Under the pieces are notes generated by a model that was not told the DNA's origin, did not search any database, and saw only the letters and a list, made by a program, of their open reading frames with translations. A stretch of DNA of 63,487 nucleotides, the filler included, from Lenisia limosa (Eukaryota; Protista; Breviatea), in assembly GCA_001655205.1 (NCBI GenBank). It is 5 parts of 5 records of this genome, joined end to end, with 100 filler letters (N's around TTAATTAATTAA, not from the genome) between each part and the next. Parts side by side here need not be neighbours in the genome. Positions count along the whole stretch, not along the records: positions 1 to 18,718 come from LPNZ01011346.1; 4 more parts are not named here. The stretch is one strand, 5' to 3'. The position numbers were made by a program, and so were the translations under genes. Positions 1 to 13,684 of the stretch are shown in pieces. Each line of letters starts with the position of its first letter. Position 1 is the stretch's first letter.

Positions 1-240
1 TCAAGGATTTGGACAAACAAAAATACCCCCTCAAAGTTGATCCAGGTTAGAGGGACATCAAGTTGTCATGTTGTCATGACAGAAAGACTTTTTAAAACTC
101 ATATGGCCTTTTTTTTTAAAAAAAAACAGTTCCTTACCCTCTTGTGACTGCTTACTTTTTCAGATTCAACGTGGCCGGATTATCGAGGCTTGATTCACGA
201 CTTTGATAATTTGAAATCTCGTGTCCTCTATCACATTTAA
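1..240 (+). CDS. 3' end of a hypothetical spliced gene (partial)
   Basis: Exon 1-45 (..KDLDKQKYPLKVDP, donor GTTAGA) joins through acceptor TTTTCAG to DSTWPDYRGLIHDFDNLKSRVLYHI-TAA. No family recognised. Confidence 0.35.
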
Positions 241-292
241 TTTAGGATGATACATATTTTGTAGTTTTTCTCGTTATCAATACATTTATTGT

Positions 293-1440
293 GGGAACAT
301 TACAAGGACCTGCCCGTGGAACCCCTTCTTGCTAGGGCGGTAGCGCTTTGTGTCCTTTGTTGACCGCTCTTCTTGGAATTGTTCTCCCTGAACAGTTATC
401 TTGCTGCTTACCCTTCAGTGAAGTTAAAGCATCAAGGATTAATTTCATACAACAGTATTCGCAATTCGCATCGGCTGGCTAACGCGGGGCAGCAGAGGGC
501 CATGAAGCTCAAGGCGTTTTTGGTCGACACTGGTTCAATCTATAGTATGAATCACTTCCCCCTCATATGTGCTGATAAAGGGAATCCCCACACTATCACT
601 AGTCACCTAGGTTTCTAAGCATCATTTCGTCGAATGAATGAGGTGGATATTCTTTACTGGGACCGTATTAATCAGAATTTTTCCGAAAGAGATATTTTAT
701 TATTTAAAATATTCATTTGCAACTTTTTAAAACGAATTTTCTAACCTTTAAAAACTTAGAGTGTTATTCTAAAAACAACACCTGTGGCATATTATTCAAA
801 AAATTCATTATTATTGCCTACATTAGGGCGTTGAGGTGCTTGGAGTGCACTCGTCCACACGATCACTTTTTGAAGGAATACTGACAATACTATAAAAGTA
901 CTTCTCAATTATTTGCACAAACAACTCCATTCACATTGCTATCTGCGTGCCTCCAAGCTTATACAACATTATGAAAAGCTCTTTGTCTCACTTTTATGTT
1001 GCCGAGGAAAGCAAGACTTAGAGGTACTTCTGAATTAGCATAGCTCTTGAACGGTATTAAGCACATTTATAGCCAAACCTCCGAGTCACACCGGTCAACT
1101 AAGAACTGGTGNNNNNNNNNNNNNNNNNNNNNNNNNNNNNNNNNNNNNNNNNNNNNNNNNNNNNNNNNNNNNNNNNNNNNNNNNNNNNNNNNNNNNNNNN
1201 NNNNNNNNNNNNNNNNNNNNNNNNNNNNNNNNNNNNNNNNNNNNNNNNNNNNNNNNNNNNNNNNNNNNNNNNNNNNNNNNNNNNNCATGCATAATTTATC
1301 GGTTGATTTCAGTAAACCATGAGTTAAACATCGATGACGGTCCAACAAACCTCGGGGCAATAAGATAGCTGAAACGAAGCAATATGTTAAACTGGTGGAG
1401 CAACGCGACAAAATGATCAAATCTAAGATATTAGTTCCAA
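293..1440 (+). pseudogene. Spliced hypothetical gene remnant with in-frame stops
   Basis: Protein-like frames flanked by AG/GT contain internal stops: EHYKDLPVEPLLARAVALCVLC*PLFLELFSLNSYLAAYPSVKLKHQG..., VSKHHFVE*MR and GVEVLGVHSSTRSLFEGILTIL*K. An N gap interrupts the region. Confidence 0.4.
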
Positions 1441-1961
1441 AAATTGAAGTTAAAATCTAGGAACAAATCCTGTATTAGGAGTATGACTTCGAGGTCAAAA
1501 CTGTTCAGTAAAATATGTAGGACTCCTCTCAATTAATGGAGAAATTGATTTCAAAATTGGAAGCGTAAGAACATGTAGCTACTTACATTTTCCCTTTCTA
1601 AATAAAAGGTACATAATATATGACAAATACATATGATATGATATGATAAATTTGATAAAAACCAAGCACATCATTGGAGTTAGTCCTACCTGTCTTTCCG
1701 CTTTTTCAAAAATATTTCGTTGCAAAAATTCGCTACAAACGTCAACAATGATTCAGTTATGAAACGAACTTGACAAAAAATGAAAAGGAGTCAAAATAGC
1801 TTTGTTCCCAAAAGGAATAGAAATATTTGAGAGAGTTCTGAATAGTATCGATCCATATTTCAGAAACAAAATGAAATACAGAAGAATAAAGGAGAAGCTC
1901 TCGTGTAAGACAAATATATGGGGAGAAAAAGAAGAAAAACACACTGTTTTCATTTTTTTAA

Positions 1962-2110
1962 AAAATACCTCCACGCTTGGAATCGAACCCAGCACCTCAG
2001 GAGTCCAAGACACGATTTTGAGCTTCCACTGAGAAGAACTAAAACCCCGGGTACCCGGTTGCCTTTTCACCGTTTTTTTTAGAAAAACCCCCTTTTCAAA
2101 AGTTAGTGTA
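1962..2110 (-). repeat. tRNA-like (SINE-like) dispersed repeat, copy 1
   Basis: The minus strand has an A-box-like CTCAGTGG, a B-box GGTTCGATTCC and a T run. It is preceded by a block TTTTGAAAAGGGGGTTTTTC..GTGAAAAGGCAACCGGG shared with copies 2 and 3. I could not fold a canonical cloverleaf. Confidence 0.5.
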
Positions 2111-3090
2111 ATTTTTACTTAAATAAGGTTTGAACATAAAAAAAATGAAATTGGCTGAAAATTCCTTTTCGAATATTTTTTAAAAAAACTATATCTATTT
2201 TACCCCCTTACCCCATTATGTATGGTATATATTGTGTATATGGTATAGGATATTTGAGGGGTCTCTGGCGAGACCCCCCCCCCCNNNNNNNNNNATTATC
2301 TTGTTTCTGACAGATAGTGGGATTTCTTTTAAAGGTATATTTTCAAGATTCGAAAACACTTACATACCCTGTAGTCATTCTGACGGAACATATTGGACTC
2401 TTTCTGGGAAGTTATTGAATTCTATATAAAAAAAAATACTTCTCCCAGACCCAATCCCACGAAAAGTTCTTTGACTTTTTTGAACTTTGTGGGCGAGGTC
2501 ATGAGCTCGTCCACTGGTGGCTAAAGAATTTTGAAAAATCAAACACGGATATCTGATACAATAAATTAACAATTTAACATTATTATTTATTATTATTTAT
2601 TATTTTATGGAAAAACAAAACTGTATTATTGAGGAAATAGTATAAAAAGATACAAGGTATCAGCAATATAAGATAATATGTATGTAACAAGAAATTAAAA
2701 TAAACGGCCTCTTTTATTTCTTCATAGATAAACAGTACCATCCACCCCACTCTTTTCCAATGTCCTTCAGCTTTGAGATCGACTAAACTGGAAATAGTTT
2801 TGAGTTTCGTCTCACTAGGGGAGGAGTTAGCACAGTGAGCAAATAATACCATGCCTTTAGAATATTTATCGGAACTCACTCAATATTTCCAGTTGCAAAA
2901 AGCCAGAGGGCTTTGTCAAGAAGAAAAGGGTCATAGTTGAGCTGGAAGGTTGAGAAACAAAAACAAAAATGCAGAACAAAATTATTGCTTGGGGGAATAC
3001 CCTTTTTGTTGCTTCCTATTTTTATCTATTTTTCTGAAACGATTACCAGGTTTTTTTCTCAATAACATTAAAAAGAGAAGAGAAAGAGAA

Positions 3091-3245
3091 AAAAAAAAAA
3101 CGACTACACCTGGGTTGGATCCCCCGACTTCTTGTTCACATGTCCATCAGTTTGGTGATGGTCACCCATTTATAAGGTCACCCAGTTTCCTTTTCACTGG
3201 ATTTTTTTTTGAGAACCCCCTTTTCAAAATTTTAGTAAATATTGT
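3091..3245 (-). repeat. tRNA-like dispersed repeat, copy 2
   Basis: Same upstream block (TTTTGAAAAGGGGGTTCTC..GTGAAAAGGAAACTGGGTGACC), a degenerate B-box (GGGGGATCCAACCC) and a poly-T run. Confidence 0.45.
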
Positions 3246-3383
3246 CATGATTTTCGAAAATTTTACCCCTTGATAGTTTTAAGAGACGGACAACAGAATC
3301 TATTTTGAGGTTGGTTTTGGGCTCTATCTCTATGATGTCAGGTGATTGACATTGATTTTCTAGGATGATTAACTTGGATCAGC

Positions 3384-5720
3384 ATGTTGAAAAAATGGGC
3401 TGATATTCCTCTTGAAGTGAGAGAAGCTTACTTAACTGGCAGTGTAGCAAGTATGAAGAGGCTCTTGCAATTGCTCAAAGCAATAATGTAAGCGACCCAA
3501 GTTTCCGCTGTTATTAATATTTAAGACTCCTTGCTATTTGAGCAACGATATATGCCGCCTGATATTCCCACTATGGTGCTGATGGGCAACTCCTAACTTT
3601 GCCCCCAAGTCATCATGAGACATTTAAAAGAGCATTTAATCGCTATAAACAAGGTATGCTTTCATTAATTATGCAACTATTTTTGTAGACAAGGCTTTAT
3701 ATAACCTTAAACCTGGCAGAAAAATAGATGTCAAATCTATCAATGCTACATTAATAGCAATCAAGGATATGCATTCTGTAAGCGTGATTAGCTTGGGTTA
3801 TTTTTTAGAAAGGCACTGATATCGACTACAAGGTTGTTATGCGTCTTGCTACGCAATCCAGTCTCTCAATTGGAAAGACCACTGCCTACCAACTTCTGAA
3901 GGAAGCAATTGAACCGTCTTCAATGGATAAAAACCGACAACGACAGTACTAGGTATGATGCTAATATGCAATATTTTTATTATTCAAGGTGGAGCGAACC
4001 ATGCAAAATGAAAGGGTTTACAATCAGATTTTGAGGGCGATGTCGTATATTAACAAAGCATGTGAAGAGGATGGCATTGAAGCTGATGAGACATGAGTCA
4101 AAGAATGGAAGTTATTTCACGCCCGTGAAGGAATTGTTGGATTATACTTAAGCGCTTGTCGTTCACTCCATGATGGAGACAATGTATCAGGTTGGTTGAC
4201 ATTTGGTTTGTAAAACTGTAGATCTTGACCTTTCCAAAAAATTATCAGAAACACTTGAAGATGTTAGAGAGGAAGCAGAAAAGCTTTGGAAAGTAGTTCT
4301 GCAATTATTTGCAACAAGCAAAAAAACAGGGCTATGAAAGCGGCTCGAGTTCTCTCTGGATATTATCTCGAATCTACCCCTGATGCCAGTANNNNNNNNN
4401 NAGGAAAATTCTTTGGTGACTTTGAGGGAAACCCCCGAATGTCATGTCTTACTGTGCTGTCTCTGGCTGGGGAAATGGTATCTACCCACTACCTTATTGG
4501 TGGGGATGATATCGCAGACCAAGCTGCATGCGATCTGTTTTCAATGGAAAAGCTTATCAATACAATGATCAAATGATCCAGAATACCAAGCTTCTTTGTT
4601 TTCTGACAAAAATGTGAATGCACCCACTGGAACTCGGAACTTGTGCTTACTATCTCCAAGCCATATTGATTTTTAGACAGACGCCACAAAGCATGAACAA
4701 GCTGCAGTTCGAACGCATTTGGCTAATTGTCCTGTTCTGGTTCAACTCGATGATGAAGTTTCGGCGGCTTCAAGAGCCTATTCCACAGCAAATCAAGCAG
4801 GGCTGGAAAAGGAAGTTTGTACTCTTGCATCTTCTGCTGCTATGGCAAGCCTCCATTCCAAATCCCCAAATCTTGTTGCTGATATTATCTGCAAAACCTC
4901 TGCTCTCGGCAGTGGGATTTCGGAAATTGATGCTGCTAAAGCTGCTAAACACGCATGTGCTGCTTCAGCTCGGACATTTGGGACTTAGACCTTCTGATAA
5001 GACGATACAAACTGTTTGGGTGAATTCTGGAGCAAAATTGGCTGAAATTCATGGTAACCAAGTCATCATATCCCAACACGAGATTAAACAAAGGAAGACA
5101 AGAATAAAGCGAGTCAATACAAAAGAAGCTGCTACCATGGGATAAAATTGATGCTACTGGTGGAGCGGCTGAGGTCAGAGCAAGACAATTGAAGAGAAAG
5201 GAAGGTATGTATTCGCATTATGTCACGGTTAATATTAACCTTTAGACAACTGCGGGAAAAGAGGTGAAGTTGGTCGTGGAAGAGGAAGAGGAAGAGGGAG
5301 GGCTATTCAGCTTCAAGATTTGAATGGTGGGTTTTAGTGATTTACTTGTGTTTTAATTACCAGATAACGCACATATCAATGTTACAGGTGCTCAAAATCC
5401 AATGGCAAAAGTTGTTCAAACCAGTTGGTTCTACCTAACACAAAGCAATAATAATATACCAGGGAGGGTAACAAAACACGGACGTGGAGGAAGAAGAGCC
5501 GCTATAGATATTCCAAGCAGTGACGTTGAATGTAAGAGCGTGATTTTTCTTTCATTTTTCAGCTTTAGAGTGTGATGAAAGTGAGGAGGAGACGATCCCA
5601 AAGCCAGATCCCCTTCGTCGGAACCTCGTGCTAGCTAGTAAGCAGTTGATAAACCTTTGTAATCCAATGAAGAAGAACTTTGCCTACTAGATGATGATGC
5701 TACCGACAATGTGCCAACTG
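3384..5720 (+). pseudogene. Multi-exon pseudogene of unknown product with an RGG-rich and acidic C-terminal part
   Basis: About 10 GT-AG exons join in frame (MLKKWADIPLE/CSKYEEALAIAQSNN/.../DKALYNLKPGRKIDVKSINATLIAIKDMHS/VVMRLATQSS...). There is an in-frame TAG at an exon end (~3950), a TGA inside an exon (DGIEADET*VKEWKLF, ~4095), and apparent frameshifts near 4325, 4575 and 4980. Confidence 0.55.
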
Positions 5721-6384
5721 CAAATAAAGGTATCACAAAATGTTATTTTGTGTTTTTTTTTTTGTGTTAATTTTCAAATGAAACTGATATTTTTGTTTTT
5801 AAAACTTCGAAACTGTAAAACAAACTTTTGTAAGAGGTTTAAACTGATATGGGGCTGGAACGCAACGAAATTGAGAAAAAACAATACTCTGAACAAGAAA
5901 AAGGGCAAAACCAGATTTTGCACACATATCGGCATTTTGCACATATTTATGAACGGTGTGATATATTATAGTATTAAACCAAACTTTGCCTTGCCTTCTT
6001 TTTTCAATTTTGATTACAACTAAACTAAATATTACTCTGTTGCAGTCTCATTCAACCACTTTCTTACCCTAGCAAGTGAACTTGGAACAATGAATTTGTA
6101 GACCTCACCTTCGACTGTTACCTGAACAGATCATTGGACGAGCAACTCTACACTATATGTCCGTATAATAGCAATGAAAAAAAAAATAAGGTAAGTGTAG
6201 TTGGTGTCTAAAACCGTGAACATGATTACAACCTTGAACAAGCCAAAAATCGACATAAATCGTTTCAATAACACCTTTTTTTGGTGTGAAATTCGGCAGT
6301 TTTGAGTACTAGACTATCAATAACATCAAAGCAAAGAAATTTTGAGCAAAAAGAAGAAAAAAAATGAATAGAAAAAAAATCGAG

Positions 6385-6490
6385 AAAAAAAAAGATCTTT
6401 TGATCAGAATCGAACCCGGCCGGGGTCACCCCAGTTTCCTTTACGCGAAAATATTTTTTGAAACCCCCCTCTTTCAGAATAATAGCATTT
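6385..6490 (-). repeat. tRNA-like dispersed repeat, copy 3 (internally deleted)
   Basis: Upstream block GAAAGAGGGGGTTTCAAAAAA..GTAAAGGAAACTGGGGTGACC runs directly into B-box GGGTTCGATTCT and a poly-T run. Confidence 0.45.
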
Positions 6491-7916
6491 TGAGCCTATT
6501 AAAGTGCCCCACAACAGAAACGCAGATTTTTAAAGAGAATTCGAATCTGAAGTCCATTTTTGGAGACAATGTAGTGATTTTGAGGTATTTAAGTCAACTT
6601 TTGTAACGGTTTTTTTAAGAATTTTTCTTGTTCAGTCTCTATAATGGAGTCAATGGACGAAATAGACGTCTGATTAAAGTATATGCTGCGTCAACCCATT
6701 TACCGTTCTGGAGCGGCACAAAAGGTAAGAGTCCAATTCGCTTGATTTATTAACATCTTATATCATATTTTCGCCCATTTATGGGCAATTTACGCTCATT
6801 TTTTGCCCAATTTGTCTTGTATTCTCTACTTAAATGCCTCTAGGTTACTCAAGAGTGGAAAAAATCAAATCTGATGGTGCAAGAACATCTTCACTTTATC
6901 GCAGGAACATTCTAAGCCCATAATAAGTGTTTTTAATGTATTTCGCAAGAAAAATTGAAGATGAAGGTGGTATTTTGCATGTATGTTGATACCCCTGCCC
7001 TATTCTTATGAATAAAACCCTGTATAAAGGAGTGTTTCTTTGCAAAAAATGCGAAAGAGACGTAAATAAGGAGCGTATTGGCTCAAAAATTGTAAGAAAA
7101 GCCTCCTTTTAAAAAATTGAAAGAAAAGCCTCCTTTTCGCGGTTTTAATCATGTTCGCGGTTTTAAATATATATTATGTACATATATCATATTAATTTGA
7201 TACCATCAGCAAACTTTTGCGTTGTTATCTCCATCAAGCTGAAAGTCAACCTCTAATGGCCTGATATTTTGACTTTCAAGGATGTCCATAACTGTCTTGT
7301 TGGCGAACTTCACTGTTACTATAGCAGGTGCAAAGAACCCTCTCTACAGATGTAAGTTCAATTGAAATCGGAAACAATCCCATTTATAACCGTAGATTCC
7401 GGTGCTGTATGACATCAAATAAATCCAAGAGTGACACTTACCATAGTATTGGTCTTAAATAATTCTTCTATCCCAAGAATTATTGCCGCCTGTGAGGATT
7501 ATTGTGGTCAAAAAGTAATATTCTGTGGACCTAAAGTACTGAAAATTGCAGAGAGTTAGCTTGGAACGTAAAAAACCCCTTAATTTCAACAATCAAAGAA
7601 AATATGGGATTTCTGAAATCTTGTATTGATGATTACCAGCAAACTTTTTTTTCATTTGGGAGACGTCCCAATTCCTTGATATCACATTCTTTCATAAAAC
7701 GCTCCATTTCAGGAAAGTTTTCAAATGCATCCTCCGCACAGAATATATCTGAGAAAACATATTTATAATACTATATGATATGTACTTATTATATGTAGTA
7801 CGCATAAAAAACCACTTGGGTGATAAAGACAAAGTATGCAAACAATGAAAATATGATGAAAATAATTCCAAGGGATATAGTATGCATATAATATCATATA
7901 TTATACTATACATGTA

Positions 7917-7994
7917 CAGTGACCGGGATAAGTCTTGACCGATTATACTTGGGAAATCACAGATCAAATCGGTCAAGACTTACCCCAGTCACTT
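7917..7994. mobile_element. 78-bp MITE with Tc1/mariner-like CAGTG TIR and TA target-site duplication
   Basis: TA|CAGTGACCGGGATAAGTCTTGACCGAT ... ATCGGTCAAGACTTACCCCAGTCACTT|TA. The same TIR recurs at 61799-61990. Confidence 0.75.
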
Positions 7995-8239
7995 TATATA
8001 GTATATGATAAATAAGTCTGATATTTAACGCTCTTCCCTTTTACTGTGTGCTTTGGCATTTGACCCTAAAACAATGAACTGACATACAATAATAAAATAT
8101 AATAAACTAATCTACAATTTCGCGCAGATCATATGATCTGATTTTTTACATAAAAAAAACCAACTCACTGAAAAGAAGCATGACAACACATCAAAGTACA
8201 GCTCAGCTACATCATCCATTTCTTTTTCATTATAGTTTC

Positions 8240-9100
8240 TCAGAAATCCGATTGCTAGACCTTAAAACTCCGGTACTGCAAGAAGTTCCTTGATATGAGA
8301 AGCCGAGATTGTTGTTCCTTCTTTCATCGATTTTCTCGAAGTAAGGAATGTGTTCCCCTAAAGTATTAGCAAGTTATTATCCACAAGTCTCATGAACGAA
8401 TTGAACAGTAATCCTTATGAGTGATGTCTCCCCAAAAACAATTTCATCTTCAGAACAAAGAATTTCCTTTCCATTGCTGATATCCAGGATGGTCTTCACT
8501 AAGATGCTGCACTTAAAGTTTTCGCGAAGTGACCAATTAAGAAGCGTTTCTTTTGTTGATGTATTCCGATAAAAATATTCGTTAAACCGCTGAAGACTCA
8601 GAAAGCATTTCCTTCTGAATGTGTTGACGTAGTCGTCGTCAAATTTCTGAAAGCCGTCGGGTCTTTGAATGTACTATTATCATTCAATCGAGCACGCTTA
8701 AGGTACAATAAATTAATTGGAAAGAGCTCTAATGAATTTGTAAGAATTCACACCCGTCCCTCATCTTGGATATTCTAACAATCCTGCTTACGAGACACAT
8801 ATTAGCTTCGAATTTGGCAGTGTCGTCCAGCGTCTATGATGTAAAATTATGGATGGTGGACAAGCCAAATGAAACTACCAAAATGGAATGCGGGGAAAAC
8901 GATCAAAAGCAGTACCTTGAGTTGGGTATCATAAATAATTCGAATATCTCCTCTTGCCATATCCATCATCAAGAACTGTCCAAGTTTGTAGGCACTCTCC
9001 TTTTTATCATCGGTACAAGACAGCAGGAACTCAAAGCAGTTATGTGTCTTCAAGAGAGCACAGTACTGGAGAAGAGAAAGGTTTTTCCATTGAAGGAATG
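8240..9100 (-). pseudogene. Hypothetical spliced gene remnant
   Basis: Protein-like frames (KTHNCFEFLLSCTDDKKESAYKLGQFLMMDMARGDIRIIYDTQLK; QKFDDDYVNTFRRKCFLSLQRFNEYFYRN...EDEIVF) with apparent frame breaks. No family recognised. Confidence 0.3.
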
Positions 9101-10204
9101 CTAAAAATAATCATAAAACTCTTCTGAGGAACTTTTCTTAATAAAAATATGAATACGATGAATTTATTATCCGATAACCAGTGTTTAATATAAAGGCATT
9201 TTTAATATCATATCAGATGATATAATAAATATCGATATAGCTATACTATAGCTACATATTTATACCATGTTTATAGGAGGAAGAGTTCATGTGGTATTCA
9301 AAAATAGAACAACTAAATATGATATTTATAACTATTTTTTGTTTAACTTTCACCACCACGCAGTACTACGATACCTCATATAATATCTACTACACATGTG
9401 CTCATTGACAAAAAAAGTCTCCATTGTCCACAATACTCAGGACCAATCTTCATGCTACACCCATTCATTTTGACTCGAGAATTAGTTTTATGTAAGTTAA
9501 ACTATATCCACTAGTGATGACGATATGGTCGGAATAATGAAAGCAGATAACACGAGGTTTCACCCCGAGTAGGGACTTGTCGGTCAATTATCACAAGAAT
9601 GCACATGGGCTATCAAATGATCCAAGTGATATCAGAATATATCATGAATAGGCATGTTATATGATTAGTATTTCACCTGCTATATAATACAATAATAGCT
9701 AAACTCCCTCCCACAGAAATGTCAGTTGACGAAACTAGTTTGTGGAAGCGCTCACGATTCACACGTTCCAAATATATCAGAGAACAGGCTTGGTCGTACT
9801 TACACACCAAGAAAAGCAAGTTCTGGTACCATTAAAGACAAAAAAAAAACAAGGTACGACCGGAACCACACTTTAAACATACTAGTCCCGTTGATATACC
9901 AATTAGATATTCTTAAATAAAAAAGGTTGCAAGATGTAACGAAAATTTGAGTTTTACTTTGGGTGACACTTGTAAACTAAAATCAGCTTTGAACAAAAAA
10001 TATACTATATATCGATATCAATAACATCAAAAAAATACAATTAAAGAGATCAAAGAAAACTATCGTTTCAATATGACTATACTAGTGACTACATGTATTT
10101 GACTTCCACCAATATGAAAAAAGTAAATTAAAAGTAACAAAAAAAAAACTAAAATCAATTACACCCATTAAAACTAATCCCACAAACGATATCGATTAAA
10201 CGAG

Positions 10205-11095
10205 CACAGTCTGTGTTCATTTTTTTGACAAACTCAACCTGACCGTATTTCAAAGCAGTTACAGCAGGTGTCAAGCCCTATTGTGTTGTCAGATGGAAGT
10301 GGAACTAGTGTTCCAATAATAGAGAACTTATTAATATTCTGTCAATTTGTTAAACCTAAGAACAAACCAATTATCCCAACTAACGCTCGTATCCTCGAGA
10401 GTCAATGCCTTTTTCGAAATACTTTTGAAGGCAATTTGGGAAAGGTGATTTTTGACAGCAACACGGCAAAGTAAGTGCAAATAATTTTGACCCTGAAACG
10501 TAAGAGTTTAGCAAAATACTCACAAGTGAATTAATTGGTAGATCCGAAAAGTCGATGTAGTTAAGGACCAAATCAATGTTTCTGGAGTCTCCAATAATGC
10601 AGCATCCAAGAACGGTGTTGCTCTAGAGAATCATTAGAGACGCATGGTATGATTGAAAGGCATACAAAGTAGTTTTCAGCCTGTGTGTTGAGAAACTCCT
10701 TGCATAAGTCGAAAAATTCCTCCAAGCGACTTGAAATTTGAAGTTGTGTAGATTCCAGAACAATAAAATGCAACACCGGTATTTTGCCATTAGATGTGTT
10801 CTGAAGCAATGAAAGACAATGCAATATGGAAAAGAAGAAGCAAAATTAAGAAGTAACATTAAACCCTCCCCTAATACGAGGTCACTTCTGAGGTATTTTT
10901 TTAATTGTTGGCCCTTCAAGAGACCAATCTTGGCGGCCAAATCTCCTCTGGTCATTCCAGTTAGGTCCTAAAAAGATCATCCCAAGAAAAATGGCGAATA
11001 GTTCCGTCTGAAATGAACGTAACTTTCATCAACTTACCATTCTTTGCTGAAAACCGGATCCTCTTCCTCCCTACCAAGTTAGTGTTCAAAACAAG
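10205..11095 (+). pseudogene. Spliced hypothetical pseudogene with several nonsense codons
   Basis: Exons end at GTAAGT, GTATGA, GTATTT, GTAACT and GTAAGC donors. Frames read LCVEKLLA*VEKFLQAT*NLKLCRFQNNKMQHRYFAIRCVLKQ*KTMQYGKEEAKLR and DQSWRPNLLWSFQLGPKKIIPRKMANSSV*NE. Confidence 0.5.
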
Positions 11096-11159
11096 TAAGC
11101 GTATTTTGTCGTTACAGTAATTTGAATTTTACATGATGAAGGAAAGCAGACGGGGTTAT

Positions 11160-13130
11160 ATATTGAATTGGTTCCCTTTACCTTCTTGGGACAATGATTG
11201 GAGGTACATCTGTGTTGTAAAGAGGAAATAAAACAAGGGTTCGTCGTATCCCTTAAAAGATACACGTCTTAGAATACCAATGTTGAAACGCATAAGAGCC
11301 CTTAATACAACATACTGAGTGATAATAACAAAATATCATCGAAATAGCTTCAACCCAAAGGCTTACGTTGATGCAGTGCACTCTACTTTCATTTTGGGAA
11401 GGCGGATAAAAGGAATTGGTAAAGATAATCGCCTTGGGCAAAATTACCCAAAACCTAAAACGTGACAAAAGTTCAAATCAGCTCCCCCTGACAATATCCA
11501 TGTGCTTTGTAAGTCAAAATAATACATAGAGGAGGTATCCTACCTCAAAAGAGATTCGCATAACATAGTACGAAAAAGGGGGGTTAGTAAAGGTGGGAAC
11601 GATGTTGACTAACATCTACTATTCTACAGTCATTATATATTTATCACTGACACACACAACCTCACGTAGATCAGCCATGGGAAATAAAAGTATAAAAAAA
11701 CGCTCATAGATTTTCCCCTCATTTTCCTGGCCTGTATCACAACATAAAATAAAAACAACAACGATAATAGCTGGATAATAGCAAACCACCCACTTCTAGC
11801 AGCTTTGTTCAAGAAACTGACCCTTAGATATTCTTTGAGAGTCCCTTTTTCCTTTATTTATATATAATAATAATATAATACAAACTCCTCAAGGTCTGCG
11901 AACTGGGTCTGCAATTCTCCTGATTCCCACGTCCTAGCAAGAACAGAACCTACCGAGTTCCGACGGTGAAGAAAACTTTCTTGACCCCCACATTTACAAG
12001 AAACAACAACCAACTACATACATTATACATAAGTAAGAGTCATATTAAAGGTTTTATTGAATGCGCAAAAAGCCTACCCTTAGAGTCAAAGTCAAACTTC
12101 CTATGAGTTGTCTTTTATTTACCAAATACTAGTTACATATACGAAGTTATGGAATTTTCAGACGCCTGATCTCACAGAAGCAGTTTGTGGACAAGCTTAT
12201 ATGACATTATGGTTCCCCATTCTTCTCTTGTTCGGCGTTCACTGTAGGAGATGTCTATAGTGGTTCAAAGTTCGTATTCTGGCAAGAAACCGAAGATCAC
12301 AGAGGTTTGTTTGTGGGCTCTTCATTCAGTTACCTTTCTCTGATTCAGTTTGATTAGTTTCTTCAAATTTCACACCAGGCATGGAAAAACAGATTCAAAT
12401 TGATAGGTTCATAGATAGTAGATCAGATCATCACTGCTAAAAGAATAGCTCACAACCACAGTCGTACATCTTTTCTTCGGCTGAACGCGCTTTTCTTTTG
12501 GTATACTGGGCTTCATTCGTCGTCTTGGTGTAGGATCTCTAGCATTCAATTAGCGTGAATGTTCCAGTAGCATCCGAGCCAATTGTCTAATTAAAACGTC
12601 TTCTTTAATTTTGTTGTAGATTGGAGTGATGGTGTTTATGTTGTTATGATATTGTTAGGGTTTTAATAAGACTAAAGACTATTATTTTGGAGAAATTCTT
12701 GGTAGATATCGATGTTGTACCGGTCTTTTTCGTTCAGGAGTACTGTTTGATGTTGTAGGATTGGCAAACAGCCCTGCGCTTCCACAATCAGCAGGCAACG
12801 AATCAGTGTCTTGCAACCTTCGATGATGCCGGTTTTGCAGTGGGTCACTGTGTATTTAGAGCTTCACTTTCTCATTCCACAGAATTTTTCGATAAATACT
12901 CAAAAATATATCTATATTTTTCATTGTCTTTTCGGACCTGAGACTAAATTCCTAATATTATTGATATATCATCAGTCGTTCTTCTTCTTTTGTTTAACAG
13001 CTTTGACTACTGGCTACATTACTTATATGGGGTTTGATGTGATTTCCTTAGAATTGCCATTCAGTGGACGCCGGCTTAAAACTCACGTATTCAGCCACCT
13101 CTTCTTTTCCCGCTCTTCTTCAAGGCACTA
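11160..13130 (-). CDS. Hypothetical multi-exon gene (structure uncertain)
   Basis: AG/GT-bounded frames such as LEEEREKKRWLNT, DPLQNRHHRRLQDTDSLPADCGSAGLFANPTTSNSTPERKRP and TWESGELQTQFADLEEF. A family-1 MITE sits in one intron. Confidence 0.3.
12859..12953. mobile_element. MITE family 1, degenerate copy (intronic)
   Basis: TA|GAGCTTCACTTTC...GTCTTTTCGGACCTGAGACTAAATTCC|TA matches the GGGCTTCACTTCGGTTCG-type TIR. Confidence 0.5.
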
Positions 13131-13684
13131 CAAAATGGCAATATTGAGGTTATCGAAATGATTGCGGGTAAGATTGAGTATGTGGGGGGGGGGGGGGNNN
13201 NNNNNNNNNNNNNNNNNNNNNNNNNNNNNNNNNNNNNNNNNNNNNNNNNNNNNNNNNNNNNNNNNNNNNNNNNNNNNNNNNNNNNNNNNNNNNNNNNNNN
13301 NNNNNNNCATAAACTCGTTCATAGTTTATCCCAAGATCAGGATTAAAATCGAAATCTGAGGAGATGACAACATTTGTGTCACCATTATTTTTTGACCAAG
13401 TCAGATCTCAGATACACACCCAGAAGATCAAGTTCATCCCACGATTTCAAAGGCTTTCTCAGATTATGAAGAACTTCCACAGCCACGTGATGAAGATTGA
13501 CTCCCTACCCGTCAGGTCAAAGCGCTGGTTGAAACGCTATTTTGATGGTTAGTCAGGATTGATGATGGTTGATGACTCTGACGAAAGCCCCCCTCCCCCC
13601 AATGGGATGTGGTTTGGCAGAAGCGACTGGACTAGGGTGTTTTAGTTTTGTTGTTTGCAACCCTTGTGTTTTTCCAAATGCTAG

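Noticed and set aside
1962-2050. Intact tRNA gene
   Set aside because: A B-box is present, but the acceptor and anticodon stems do not pair canonically, so I kept it only as a tRNA-like repeat.
10380-10955. Minus-strand ORFs as a real gene
   Set aside because: Consensus donors (GTAAGT, GTAAGC) and better frames are on the plus strand.
12540-12720. Gln-rich frame with four TAA/TAG stops
   Set aside because: It is explained by an intron (GTACAA donor, CTAAT branch, TAG acceptor) that leaves an open spliced frame.
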